This document shows positions 49,783-59,384 of a stretch of 64,000 bases of DNA, one piece after another. Every line of letters starts with the position of its first letter. Positions within the stretch are counted from its first letter, which is position 1. The stretch is from an uncultured Candidatus Rokubacteria bacterium. Its GTDB lineage: Bacteria > Methylomirabilota > Methylomirabilia > Rokubacteriales > DASRDR01. The notes beneath the pieces are model-generated. The model searched no databases. It saw nothing but the letters and a program-made list of their open reading frames with translations, and was not told where the DNA came from. The translations under genes were made by a program, and so were the position numbers. The stretch is taken from the NCBI GenBank assembly GCA_963826115.1, contig CAWGVS010000004.1, positions 64,001 through 128,000 on the forward strand. Direction: 5' to 3'.

Positions 49783-52503
49783 ATGACGGTTGCCCAGCAC
49801 GTGGGCGTCTACGGGCTCTTCCTGGCCTTGACGGCTGTCTACACGTGGCCGCTCGTCACAGACCTCGCGCGCCTCCTCCCCCCGAACGGTGACCCGCGGC
49901 TCTTCAGCTGGGTGCTCCTCACGATATTCGGCAACCTGACGAGCCGGCCCGACCTCCTGTTCCACGGGAACGCCTTCTACCCGTTCGGCAACACGCTGTC
50001 GTTCGCGGAACCCCTCCTCATCCCCGCGGTCGTCGCGGGACCGATCCACGCGTGGACGGGCAACCCCATCCTCGCCTACAACGTCACCCTCCTCCTGTTC
50101 TGGGCGCTCTCGGGTTGGGCGATGTATTGGGTGGCGTGGCGCGTCACGGCCTGTCATCCGGCGGCCTTCCTCGCGGCGATGATCTTCACGTTTGCGCCGT
50201 ACCGGATCGACCACTACATGGAGTTCCAGATGGAGATGGCGTTCGGGATCCCGCTCGCCATCTACGCGCTGGTGCGCTTCCTCGAGACCCAGCGCACGCG
50301 CTACGTCGTCGCGCTCGGCCTGGCGTTCTGGATCCAGGCAGCCTCCGTCTGGTACTACGCGATCATCCTCGCGATTGGCCTCGCCGCCGTCACCGTCCAG
50401 GTGGTCGCGCTCCGCTGGGGTGGGTGGCGACCCCGGGCGCTCCTCGCCGCGGCCCTCGGGGGGCTCGTGCTGCTCGGGGCCCTCGTCCCCCTCGCGACGC
50501 CCTACTTCCTCACCCGCCAGGAGCTCGGGCTCGAACGGAACCTCGCCGACGCCGTCCCACGCTCGGCGAATCTCGGCTCGTTCGTCGAGGCGCGCTCGAA
50601 CTGGCTCTATCGCGCGTTCACCTCCAGGCGTGCGTGGGAGGCGTCGCTCTTCCTGGGAGTGGCGGCGCTCGGCCTGGCCGGCGCCGGGCTCGCCTGGCTC
50701 GGTGGGGCACGGCCGCCGCGCGGGCGACTCGATCGCTGGCTGGCAGGGGGAGCGGGAGCGCTCCTCGCGGCGACGCTCGGCGCCATCCTCCTCGAGGGCA
50801 GCGTCCGGATCGCCGGGATCACGCTGCGGCCCTTCACCGAGTTGGCCGTCGCGCTTCTCGGGATCGGCCTCCTGCGACAGTCGGTGGAGGGCTGGCGACG
50901 CTGGCGAGCCGGCACGACGGACCGGCGGCTCGCAGAGCGTGAGTGGGCGCGACTCCTGCTCGGTCTCGGCGCCGTCGCGTGTCTCCTTTCGCTTGGCCCG
51001 GTCGTCGCGCTCAAGGCATTCGGCGCCCGCCCGATCGACGAGGGGCTCTATGCGTGGCTCTGGCCCTACGTCGTGCTCTTCCGAGCCATCCGGGGGCCCA
51101 CGCGGATCGGGATCCTCGTGATCGTCTCGGGGGCGCTTCTGGCCGCGCTCGGCGCAAAATGGCTGCTCGAGGCGCCTCGGCGGACGTGGGGCAGGGTGCT
51201 CGTCGGCGCCCTCGGGGTCGTGCTGGCCGTCGAGTACGCGTGGATGCCGCTCCCGTACAAGCTCGAAGCGCCCCCCGCCCGCGCGGTGGACGCCGCGCTA
51301 AAGGCCGACCGCGCCGACGTCGCCGTCCTCGAGTGGCCACCGAACGTCGAGGTGGTGGATGTCGACGCCATGTTCCGGTCCCTCGCCCACGGCAAGCGCG
51401 TGGTGAACGGGCTGTCGGGCTTCGTGCCCACCGAGCTCCGGGACCTGTCGGAGCTTCTGAGCGAGCCCGCGGCGCCGTTCCCGGCGGCGGCGCAGACGGC
51501 CATCCAGCGCATCTACCCCTTGCGCTACCTGGTCGTGCGCCTGAGTGATCATTACCTCGCCAAGGCGTGGCAGCCCACGTGGCACCGCCTCCGCCGGGCC
51601 CCGCCGCACTTCCTCCGTCATCGCGGGACGTACGGTGACGACGACCTCTACGAGATCCTGGCGGTGCCCGAGCGGGGCCTCCTTCTTGAGCGCTGGGTCT
51701 CGTACGACTTCCTGGTGAACCATCCCGTGCTGGAAGTCTCCGTGCGCCCGCTCGGACGCCAGGCGGGGCGGGCCGCCTGGGTGGACGTGGCGCTCAATGA
51801 CCGCTCCATCGCGCGTGTGCCGCTCGATGGGCCCCGCCGGTTCCGCCGTCGGCTCTCGCTGCCCTACCGCCAGGCCGCGCCCAATGTGATCCGCCTGACG
51901 TACGGCTACGACCGGATCGGCCCTGACTCACCGCGGTCAGAAATCGGCACGACCGGCATCCGGAGCCCGGTGGACCTTGTGGTCATGAGCGGCGGCCAGC
52001 CGCACGGCGATGTGGGATCGGTGCGCGTCAACGCCGTTGAGCGCGCACGGAACAGTCGCGGCTACAATCTGGTCGCGCTCGACGGGGCTGGTCGCGTCCT
52101 CGCCGCCGAGACGTTCGATACGTTCTTCGATCCACGAGCCGCGGGACGGCTCGCGACCTGGGTGGCCGCGCTTCCGGCGGGGACCATCGTGGCAGGGGCC
52201 GTCAAGGATGACGCGGCAGGGCAGCTCGACGGCCCAGCCACCCACGCGCTGCGGACCCTCGGCATTCGCGGGGATCTTAGGGGACACTTTCGCGTCTCCC
52301 ACGCGTTCGTCGGGCTGAAAGGGGCACCGCCGGGGAGCGCGCTGGAGGGCCTGGGTCCGCGACATGTCACCCTCGCCGTGGGCGAGACGCGCCCGGAGGA
52401 CTTTCAGGGGGAGAGTCCCGCAGGATTCGAACTGGCCGCGTTCGCCCTGCAGGCGAGACGCCGAGCGGGAGGAGAACCGGCGGGAGCAGACGGCGGGAAT
52501 TGA
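49783..52503 (+). CDS. GT-C-fold membrane protein with a C-terminal ILEI/PANDER (GG-type lectin) domain
   Basis: DPRLFSWV, FYP...FAEP, multiple TMs, LSLGP, VNGLSGF. C-terminal RGYNLVALD...FDT...GTIVAGAVKDD...LG...FR.SHAFVGLKG. Confidence 0.78.
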   Translation: MTVAQHVGVYGLFLALTAVYTWPLVTDLARLLPPNGDPRLFSWVLLTIFGNLTSRPDLLFHGNAFYPFGNTLSFAEPLLIPAVVAGPIHAWTGNPILAYNVTLLLFWALSGWAMYWVAWRVTACHPAAFLAAMIFTFAPYRIDHYMEFQMEMAFGIPLAIYALVRFLETQRTRYVVALGLAFWIQAASVWYYAIILAIGLAAVTVQVVALRWGGWRPRALLAAALGGLVLLGALVPLATPYFLTRQELGLERNLADAVPRSANLGSFVEARSNWLYRAFTSRRAWEASLFLGVAALGLAGAGLAWLGGARPPRGRLDRWLAGGAGALLAATLGAILLEGSVRIAGITLRPFTELAVALLGIGLLRQSVEGWRRWRAGTTDRRLAEREWARLLLGLGAVACLLSLGPVVALKAFGARPIDEGLYAWLWPYVVLFRAIRGPTRIGILVIVSGALLAALGAKWLLEAPRRTWGRVLVGALGVVLAVEYAWMPLPYKLEAPPARAVDAALKADRADVAVLEWPPNVEVVDVDAMFRSLAHGKRVVNGLSGFVPTELRDLSELLSEPAAPFPAAAQTAIQRIYPLRYLVVRLSDHYLAKAWQPTWHRLRRAPPHFLRHRGTYGDDDLYEILAVPERGLLLERWVSYDFLVNHPVLEVSVRPLGRQAGRAAWVDVALNDRSIARVPLDGPRRFRRRLSLPYRQAAPNVIRLTYGYDRIGPDSPRSEIGTTGIRSPVDLVVMSGGQPHGDVGSVRVNAVERARNSRGYNLVALDGAGRVLAAETFDTFFDPRAAGRLATWVAALPAGTIVAGAVKDDAAGQLDGPATHALRTLGIRGDLRGHFRVSHAFVGLKGAPPGSALEGLGPRHVTLAVGETRPEDFQGESPAGFELAAFALQARRRAGGEPAGADGGN

Positions 52504-52563
52504 ACCCACGCGGCGGCGCCCCACGAGGGAGATGACGCGCGGGCCCGTCGTCGTGGCGTCTGG
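52482..52563 (-). other. tRNA-like remnant (T-arm plus acceptor 3' strand resembling tRNA-Gly)
   Basis: Minus strand reads GTGGG-TTCAATT-CCCGC-CGTCTGC-T-CCC, and an upstream CAGACG can pair with CGTCTG. There is no canonical D-arm or CCA. Confidence 0.3.
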
Positions 52564-52574
52564 CAGCGAGCCCC

Positions 52575-52583
52575 TGCTATACT
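52575..52583 (+). promoter_or_regulatory. Extended -10 promoter of the leaderless epimerase operon
   Basis: TGcTATACT, 6 nt before ATG 52590. Confidence 0.65.
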
Positions 52584-52589
52584 CGGCGC

Positions 52590-53576
52590 ATGCGCGCGCT
52601 GGTCACCGGCGGCACCGGGTTCACCGGCAGCCACCTCGTCCGGCGCCTGGTGGCGCGGGGCGATCAGGTGCGGGTCCTCGACGCCGCGCCGGGGCTGTTC
52701 CACGACGAGCTGAAGCGCCTCGGCACGGAGATCACGCTCGGTAGCGTCACGGACCGAGCCCTGGTCGACCGGCTGGTCAAGGGCGCGGACGTGGTGTTCC
52801 ACCTCGCGGCGGCGTTCCGGAAGATCAACCTGCCGAAGCGGGAGTACTGGGAAGTCAACTGCCAGGGCACCCGATACGTGGCCGAGTCGTGCCTCGAGCA
52901 CCAGGTGCGTCGGCTCGTGTACTGCTCGACGCAGGGGGTCCACGGACACGTCGCCCACCCGCCCGGTGACGAGAGCTCGCCGATCGCCCCCGAGGACTAC
53001 TATCAGCAGACGAAGTACGAGGGCGAGCAGGCGCTCTGGGAGGTCGCGCGCGGTGGCCTCGAGGCGAGCGTGATCCGCCCGATGGGCATCTATGGCCCCG
53101 GCGACCCGGGCCGCTTCCTCATGCTCTACCGCGCCGTCCAGCGCGGCCGGTTCCTCATGTTCGGTGACGGCGAGACCTTCTACCACCCGTGCTACATCGA
53201 CAATCTCGTCGATTCGTTCGAGCTGGCCGCCGAGCACCCGAAGGCCGTGGGCGAGACGTACCTGATCGGCGACGACCGGTACGTGTCGCTCAACGAGCTC
53301 GTGCGTGGGGTAGGGGAGAGCCTCGGCAAGCCGGCGAAGATCGTCCACCTGCCGTTCGCGCCGCTCTGGGCTGCCTCCGCGCTCTGCGAGGCGGTGCTGA
53401 TGCCGCTCGGCATCGAGCCGCCGCTTTTCCGGCGCCGGGCCGACTGGTTCCGCCAGACGCGCGCGTTCACCATCGACAAGGCGGTGCGGGAGCTCGGCTT
53501 CGTGGCCCGCGTGCCGCTCGCGGAGGGCCTCCGCCGCACGGCGGCCTGGTACCGCGAGCACGGGTACCTCCGCTAG
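52590..53576 (+). CDS. NAD-dependent epimerase/dehydratase (extended SDR)
   Basis: VTGGTGFTG, FHLAA, YxxxK (YQQTK), IYGPGD. Confidence 0.92.
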   Translation: MRALVTGGTGFTGSHLVRRLVARGDQVRVLDAAPGLFHDELKRLGTEITLGSVTDRALVDRLVKGADVVFHLAAAFRKINLPKREYWEVNCQGTRYVAESCLEHQVRRLVYCSTQGVHGHVAHPPGDESSPIAPEDYYQQTKYEGEQALWEVARGGLEASVIRPMGIYGPGDPGRFLMLYRAVQRGRFLMFGDGETFYHPCYIDNLVDSFELAAEHPKAVGETYLIGDDRYVSLNELVRGVGESLGKPAKIVHLPFAPLWAASALCEAVLMPLGIEPPLFRRRADWFRQTRAFTIDKAVRELGFVARVPLAEGLRRTAAWYREHGYLR

Positions 53577-53578
53577 CC

Positions 53579-55462
53579 ATGTGCGGCATCGCGGGCGTCT
53601 TCGAGTTCCGTCCGGGCCGGACGACGGCGCCGCACATCCTCGAGTCGATGGCGAAGATGATCGAGCACCGCGGCCCCGACCAGGGCGCCATCTTCCAGGA
53701 CGGGCCGATCGGGCTCGTCGCGCGGCGTCTGAAGATCATCGACCTGTCGCCCGCGGGCTCCCAGCCCGTCCCGAACGAGGACGGCACGATCCAGCTCGTC
53801 TACAACGGGGAGATCTTCAATCACGAGGGCCTCCGCAAGGAGCTCCAGGCGCTCGGGCACCGCTTCCGGGGCCGTTGCGACTCCGAGATGGTCGTGCACG
53901 CCTACGAGGCGTGGGGGCCGCGCTGCGTTGAGCGTTTCCGCGGGTTCTTCGTGTTCGCGCTGTGGGACAGCGTCCGCAAGGAGCTCCTGCTGGCCCGCGA
54001 CCGGATCGGGATCAAGCCCCTCTACTACGCGTGGTCGGAGGACCGCCTGGTCTTCGGCTCCGAGATCAAGGCGATCCTGGAGCACCCGGACGTCCCGCGG
54101 GCGATGGACGTCCAGTCGATGTACCACTACCTCGGCTACGAGTTCGTGCCGGGGCCGGCCACGATGTTCCAGGGGATCCAGAAGCTTCCGCCCGGCACCA
54201 TCGCCCGCGTCCGCGGCGGCCGCCTCGAGATCGAGCCCTACTGGGAGCTCCGGTTCGAGGACTCGCCGGAGGACGCGGCGACGCTCGCGCGCCGGGTCCG
54301 CGAGACGCTGCGCGACTCCGTGCACGCCTGGATGATGTCGGACGTGCCCGAGGGCCTGTTCCTGTCGGGCGGGCTCGACTCGACGGCGGTGCTCGCCTTC
54401 ACGCGCGAGGCCACCACCGGACCGCTGCCGACCTTCACGCTCGGCTACGACGATCCGTCGTTCAGCGAGTGGGAGTACGCGCGCGAGGCGGCGCGCTACT
54501 ACGGGACCGAGCACCGCGAGATCCGGGTGCCCCCGGTCACGCCCGACGTGATCGAGCAGACCGTGTGGCACCTCGACGAGCCCATGACGGACCTCTCGGC
54601 GGTGCCGCTGTTCCTCCTGTGCCGGGAAGCGCGCCGGGACGTGACGGTCTGCATGTCGGGCGAGGGCGGGGACGAGGTCTTCATCGGCTACGACCGGTTC
54701 ATCGCGTCGAAGGCCGATCGCGTCTACCGGCTGCTGCCGCGCGCCCTCCGGCGCGGCGTGATCGAGCCCCTGGTCGCGCGGCTCCCCGACCAGGAGCAGA
54801 AGAAGGGGCCGGTCGTGGTGCTCCGGCGGTTCATCGACGGCGCCCGCCTGGACCCGGACGCGCTCCACATGCGCTGGCAGTACTTCGGCTCGGACGCCCT
54901 CGACGCGCGGCTGTTCCGGGAGACCGTGCTCCGCTCCGTCGACCGCGACCGCTTCGCTCCGATCCGCCGGGCGGTCGAGCGGTGCAACTCCTCGCGGCAG
55001 CTCGACCGCGAGGTCTTCGTGGACACCCGGTTCACGATGCCCGACTCGGTGCTGATGAAGGTCGACAAGATGTCGATGGCGCACGCGCTCGAGATCCGGG
55101 TGCCGCTCCTCGACCACCACCTGATCGAGCTGGCGGCCACGATCCCGCCGCGTCTCAAGTTCCCGGGCTTCAAGACTCGGGCGATCTACCGCCAGGCGCT
55201 GGAGGGCGTGCTCCCGCCGAAGATCCTGCGCCGCGGGAAGCAGGGATACAGCCTCCCGCTCAAGCAGTGGCTCCGGAACGAGCTCCGCGACTACACGGTG
55301 CAGCTGCTCCGGGGGTCAGAGGTTGTGCGCGCCTACCTGGACCCGTCGGGCGTCGAGACGCTGATCGCCGAGCACCTCGCGCGTCGCGCGAACCACAACC
55401 ACACCCTCTGGGCCCTCATCAACCTGACCCTGTGGCATCGTCGGTTCATTGAGGGAGCCTGA
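53579..55462 (+). CDS. asnB: Asparagine synthase (glutamine-hydrolysing) family amidotransferase, probably glycan-amidating
   Basis: N-terminal MCGIAG, HRGPD, NGEIFN, RDRIGIKPLY, LSGGLDS, SGEGGDE, KVDKMSMA..LE.RVP.LD. Confidence 0.93.
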   Translation: MCGIAGVFEFRPGRTTAPHILESMAKMIEHRGPDQGAIFQDGPIGLVARRLKIIDLSPAGSQPVPNEDGTIQLVYNGEIFNHEGLRKELQALGHRFRGRCDSEMVVHAYEAWGPRCVERFRGFFVFALWDSVRKELLLARDRIGIKPLYYAWSEDRLVFGSEIKAILEHPDVPRAMDVQSMYHYLGYEFVPGPATMFQGIQKLPPGTIARVRGGRLEIEPYWELRFEDSPEDAATLARRVRETLRDSVHAWMMSDVPEGLFLSGGLDSTAVLAFTREATTGPLPTFTLGYDDPSFSEWEYAREAARYYGTEHREIRVPPVTPDVIEQTVWHLDEPMTDLSAVPLFLLCREARRDVTVCMSGEGGDEVFIGYDRFIASKADRVYRLLPRALRRGVIEPLVARLPDQEQKKGPVVVLRRFIDGARLDPDALHMRWQYFGSDALDARLFRETVLRSVDRDRFAPIRRAVERCNSSRQLDREVFVDTRFTMPDSVLMKVDKMSMAHALEIRVPLLDHHLIELAATIPPRLKFPGFKTRAIYRQALEGVLPPKILRRGKQGYSLPLKQWLRNELRDYTVQLLRGSEVVRAYLDPSGVETLIAEHLARRANHNHTLWALINLTLWHRRFIEGA

Positions 55463-56453
55463 GCGCGGAGGTCGGGAGGGCGGCCGCCGCGGCCTTCGCC
55501 TCCGGATCGCGGTAAGTCTCGCTCTCCTCGTCCTGCTGGTCCTCTTCGTCGACTGGGGCCGCCTGGGGGCGCGCCTCGGTGCCGCGGATCCGGTCGTCAT
55601 GCTCGTGGTGGTGGTCCTGGCCACGCTGGACCGGCTCCTCATGGCATGGAAGTGGTGGCTCCTGGTGCGGAGCCGGGACGCGGCGCTCGGCCTCTGGGCG
55701 GCGGTGCGCGCCTACTACCTCGCGTCGTTCGCCGGGTACTTCCTGCCCATGACCGTGGGCGCCGACGCCGTCCGGATCGGGGCGCTGGCCGGGACGAGCC
55801 GCGCGGCCGTGCTGGTCGCGTCCGTCGTGCTCGAGCGGCTGATCGGCGCGCTTGCGCAGGCGGTGCTCGCGATCCTGTCGGTGGCGACGCTGGTGACCCT
55901 CGGCCTCGGCGCCCGGGTCGGGCCGGCCGAGCGCTGGGGCCTCGGCGCGGCCGTGGCGCTGGCCTTCCTCGCGTTCCCGTTCTCGTTCCCGATCGCGCGG
56001 CGGGTGGGGGCGCGGTTCGGCGGCGAGGCGGGCTGGCGGCGGGCGCTCCGCGCGCTGGCCGAGCAGTACGCGGGGTACGGCGCCTCCACCGGTCTCCTCT
56101 GCGCGTTCTTCGCGCTGACGCTCCTCGAGAGCGGGTTCCCGGTGGCGATCCACTACGCGTCCGGCCGGGCGCTCGGCCTCGATCCCGGCTGGAGCTTCTT
56201 CATCGCGACCGTGCCGCTCGTCTACCTGGTCGCCCGCCTGCCCGTGAGCCTCGGCGGCCTCGGCTTCCTCGAGCTCTCGTTCGTCTCGCTGGCCGGCCTC
56301 CTGGGCGTGGGCTGGACGGACGCCTTCGCCATCGCGGGGCTCGCGACCGCGCTCTACCTGGTGGCGCTCACGCCCGGCGCGGTGCTGTACCTCATCCCGG
56401 CGCCGGCGCCCGGCCGGCCCGCGCCGAGCCCGTCCGACAAGGGAGCGCGGTGA
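55449..56453 (+). CDS. LPG-synthase-TM / UPF0104 flippase-like membrane protein
   Basis: KWWLL, FLPMTVGADAVR, ERLIG, LPVSLGGLGFLE; multiple TMs. Confidence 0.82.
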   Translation: MREPERGGREGGRRGLRLRIAVSLALLVLLVLFVDWGRLGARLGAADPVVMLVVVVLATLDRLLMAWKWWLLVRSRDAALGLWAAVRAYYLASFAGYFLPMTVGADAVRIGALAGTSRAAVLVASVVLERLIGALAQAVLAILSVATLVTLGLGARVGPAERWGLGAAVALAFLAFPFSFPIARRVGARFGGEAGWRRALRALAEQYAGYGASTGLLCAFFALTLLESGFPVAIHYASGRALGLDPGWSFFIATVPLVYLVARLPVSLGGLGFLELSFVSLAGLLGVGWTDAFAIAGLATALYLVALTPGAVLYLIPAPAPGRPAPSPSDKGAR

Positions 56454-57199
56454 CCGGGAGCGACCGGCTCGCGGACGTGCCGGGCGCCCTGTTCGACGCC
56501 CGGCGCTCGAAGGCCGAGCGCTACGCTGACCTCGTCGTCGGCGAGCGTGGATGGTGGCCGCTCCTCCGCTACGAGCTCGTGATGCTGCTCGCCTCGTGGG
56601 TGCCGGGTGCCCTCGGCCTCCTGCTGCGCGCCTGGCTCTACCCGTGGCTCCTCGGCGCGTGTGGCCGGAACGTGAGCTTCGGTACGGGCGTCGTGCTGCG
56701 CCACCCGAGGAAGATCCGGCTCGGCGACGACGTCGCCATCGACGACGGCTGCGTGCTCGACGCCAAGGGCGCGGCCAACCACGGCATCGACATCGGCTCG
56801 CGCGTGTTTCTCGGCCGGCACACCCTCCTCGCGTGCAAGGAGGGGGACATCGTGCTCGAGAACGGAGTCAACATCTCCTACAACTGCACGGTCTTTTCGG
56901 CGTCGTCGGTCCGCATCGGGGCGGAGACGCTGCTCGCCGCGTACTGCTACGTGGTGGGCGGCGGCCACGACTTCGACCGGGTGGACGTGCCCGTCGTCCA
57001 GCAGGCGCGCCCGTCCCGGGGCATCGTCGTCGGCGCGAGCGGATGGCTCGGCGCCGGCGCGATCGTGCTCGATGGCGTGACCATCGGGTCGAGCGCCATC
57101 GTGGGCGCCCACGCGGTCGTGACGCAGGACGTCCCCGACTACGCGATCGTCGCGGGCGCCCCGGCCCGCGTCGTCCGGGACCGGCGCCAGCCCACATGA
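56450..57199 (+). CDS. Hexapeptide-repeat (LbH) acyltransferase
   Basis: Hexapeptide repeats, GGGHDF, WLGAGAIVLDGVTIG, VVTQDVP..AIVAGAPARVV; GTGA coupling. Confidence 0.9.
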   Translation: MTGSDRLADVPGALFDARRSKAERYADLVVGERGWWPLLRYELVMLLASWVPGALGLLLRAWLYPWLLGACGRNVSFGTGVVLRHPRKIRLGDDVAIDDGCVLDAKGAANHGIDIGSRVFLGRHTLLACKEGDIVLENGVNISYNCTVFSASSVRIGAETLLAAYCYVVGGGHDFDRVDVPVVQQARPSRGIVVGASGWLGAGAIVLDGVTIGSSAIVGAHAVVTQDVPDYAIVAGAPARVVRDRRQPT

Positions 57200-58296
57200 G
57201 CGCGCCGGCGGGCGCCCCGCCCGCCGCCCGCCCGGTGCCCGCGGGAGGGCCGGCCCCGGCGCGCCGCGGGCCCCGGGGTCTCGTGCGCGTGGGCCTCGGG
57301 CTCCTGGTCTCGGGCGCCATCGTCGCGTATCTGTTCGAGGCGCAGGGCGTGGACCCGCGGGCGCTCATCCCGCTCGTGCGTGCGATCTCGATCCCGGGCC
57401 TCGTGGCGTACGTGGCGATCTCGGCCGTGGGTCTCCTGCTGCGCGCCTGGCGGTACCGGCTCCTGCTCGGGCGCCCGGTGCCGTTCTGGCCTCTCGTGCT
57501 GGTGACCGCGGTCCGCAACATGGCGGTGGACCTCGTGCCCGCGCGCGCCGGAGCGGCCGCGAGCTACCTCTACCTCATCACCGCGCGCCTGGGGCTGCCG
57601 CTCGAGGCGGGCGTCGCCTCGTTCGCGCTCTCGTTCATCCTCGACACGCTCGCCGTGGCGCCGCTCCTCGTCCTGGCCCTCCTCGCGGTGGGCAGCGGGC
57701 CGCTGCCGCCCGTGGTCCTCGTCGGCGGGAGCCTCGTGATCCTGGCCGGGTCCGTCGCGGCGCTCTGGGCGCTCGGCCCGCTCCTCCGCCTGGGCGCCCG
57801 GATCGCCGGCCGGCTGCCGGGCCGGCTCGCCCGCGTCGCGCCACTCCTGGACGCGGCGGCGGGCGAGGTGGCGCGCCAGGAGCGGACGCGCACGCTCCTG
57901 CCGGCGCTCGGGCTGTCGCTGCTCCTGCGCCTGTCGAAGTACGGCGCGTACTACTGTCTCCTGCGGGCGCTCCTTGCCTCGCAGGGGGACGTGGTCCAGG
58001 GGCTCAGCTTCCTCCGCGTGTTCCTCGCGATCGCCGGCGCCGAGATGGCGGCGTCGCTGCCGCTGCCGACCGTCATGAGCGTCGGGCCCTACGAGGCCGC
58101 CGGCGCGGCGGGGTTCGGCTTCTGGCTGGGCCTCCCGCGGGACCTCGCCACGCTCGCGGTGACCGCGTTCCACGGGCTGTCGCAGGTTCACGACTACGGC
58201 CTCGGGCTGCTCGCGCTCGTGTGGATCATGGCGTCGAGCCCGCGCCGTCCCGTCGACCCGGACCGCCGGGACACGCGGCCGTCGGGCGGTGGGTGA
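57196..58296 (+). CDS. LPG-synthase-TM / UPF0104 flippase-like membrane protein
   Basis: RAWRYRLLL, NMAVDLVPARAG, ILD, LP.....GPYE; ATGA coupling. Confidence 0.82.
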   Translation: MSAPAGAPPAARPVPAGGPAPARRGPRGLVRVGLGLLVSGAIVAYLFEAQGVDPRALIPLVRAISIPGLVAYVAISAVGLLLRAWRYRLLLGRPVPFWPLVLVTAVRNMAVDLVPARAGAAASYLYLITARLGLPLEAGVASFALSFILDTLAVAPLLVLALLAVGSGPLPPVVLVGGSLVILAGSVAALWALGPLLRLGARIAGRLPGRLARVAPLLDAAAGEVARQERTRTLLPALGLSLLLRLSKYGAYYCLLRALLASQGDVVQGLSFLRVFLAIAGAEMAASLPLPTVMSVGPYEAAGAAGFGFWLGLPRDLATLAVTAFHGLSQVHDYGLGLLALVWIMASSPRRPVDPDRRDTRPSGGG

Positions 58297-58395
58297 GGCG
58301 CGGCATCGGGACGCCGCGCCTCACCGCGCACGTCGGTTCCCCGCGAGACCGCGCCGAGCCGGGTGCTAGAATCGACGTGTGAACGCTGGAACGCT

Positions 58396-59373
58396 GTGGA
58401 TCGCGTTCCGGGGCGCCGCGTGAGGCAGGAGGTCGACGCGCCGCGGGGCGCGGCGCCGGGGCGCGCTGCCGGCGGCCGCCCACCCGGATCCGGATCGGCG
58501 TGGCTCGACTACCTCCGGCCGCTCCGGTTCGATCACTGGATCAAGAACCTCGTCGTCCCGGTCGGGAGCCTTCTCGCCCTGGCCGCCCACGGCATCTGGC
58601 CCGGCGGGCCCGAGCTCGTGGCGATCCTGCTCGCGTTCGTCGTGTCTGGCCTGGTTTCGTCCGTCAACTACGCGATCAACGAGATCCTGGACGCGCCGTT
58701 CGACGCGCGGCACCCGACCAAGCGCGACCGTCCCATCCCGTCCGGCCGAGTCCGGGTCGCGCCCCTCCTGGTCCTGACCGCCGGCGTCGGCGTGCTCGCG
58801 TTCGCGCTGTCGTGGTGGCTCCTGCCCGCCGGCGTCCTCGGCGGCGCGATCGCGCTCTTCTTCGCGGGACTCGCGTACAACCTCGCGCCGCTCCGGCTCA
58901 AAGACTGGCCGTACCTCGACGCGGTCACGGAGTCCCTGACGAACCCGATCCGTATCGCGATCGGCTGGCACGCGGTCGCGGTCGGGACGCCGCCCACGCT
59001 CCTGCTCGTCACCGTGTGGACATTCGGCGCGTTCCTGATGACGGGCAAGCGCCTGGCCGAGCTCCGCCTCCTCGGCGACCTCGCGGCGCGCTATCGCCCG
59101 ACGTTCCGCGCGTACTCGGTGAGCGGCCTGTTCGCGGTCCAGCTGAGCTACGCGCTCGTGGGGTTGGGGGCGCTCACCTGGCTGGTGGCGGTGCAGCGAC
59201 CCCGGGTCCTGCCGGCCCTCCCGCTCGTGGCGGGGCTTCTTGCCTGGGCGTTCAAGATGACCTTCGAGCCCGAGAGCCCCCTGATCGATCCGGAGCACCT
59301 CTACCGGCGTCCCATCTTCCTCGTCGTCGCCGTCGCGGTCCTGGTCCTCCTGGTCGAGCTGGCCCGCGGCTAG
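58396..59373 (+). CDS. UbiA-family prenyltransferase, decaprenyl-phosphate phosphoribosyltransferase-like (start uncertain)
   Basis: WIKN, YAINEILDAPFDARHPTKRDRPIPSG, Y...LK, GKRLAE. Extended -10 TGcTAGAAT at 58364-58372. Confidence 0.85.
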   Translation: MDRVPGRRVRQEVDAPRGAAPGRAAGGRPPGSGSAWLDYLRPLRFDHWIKNLVVPVGSLLALAAHGIWPGGPELVAILLAFVVSGLVSSVNYAINEILDAPFDARHPTKRDRPIPSGRVRVAPLLVLTAGVGVLAFALSWWLLPAGVLGGAIALFFAGLAYNLAPLRLKDWPYLDAVTESLTNPIRIAIGWHAVAVGTPPTLLLVTVWTFGAFLMTGKRLAELRLLGDLAARYRPTFRAYSVSGLFAVQLSYALVGLGALTWLVAVQRPRVLPALPLVAGLLAWAFKMTFEPESPLIDPEHLYRRPIFLVVAVAVLVLLVELARG

Positions 59374-59384
59374 GGGCGGCGCGG

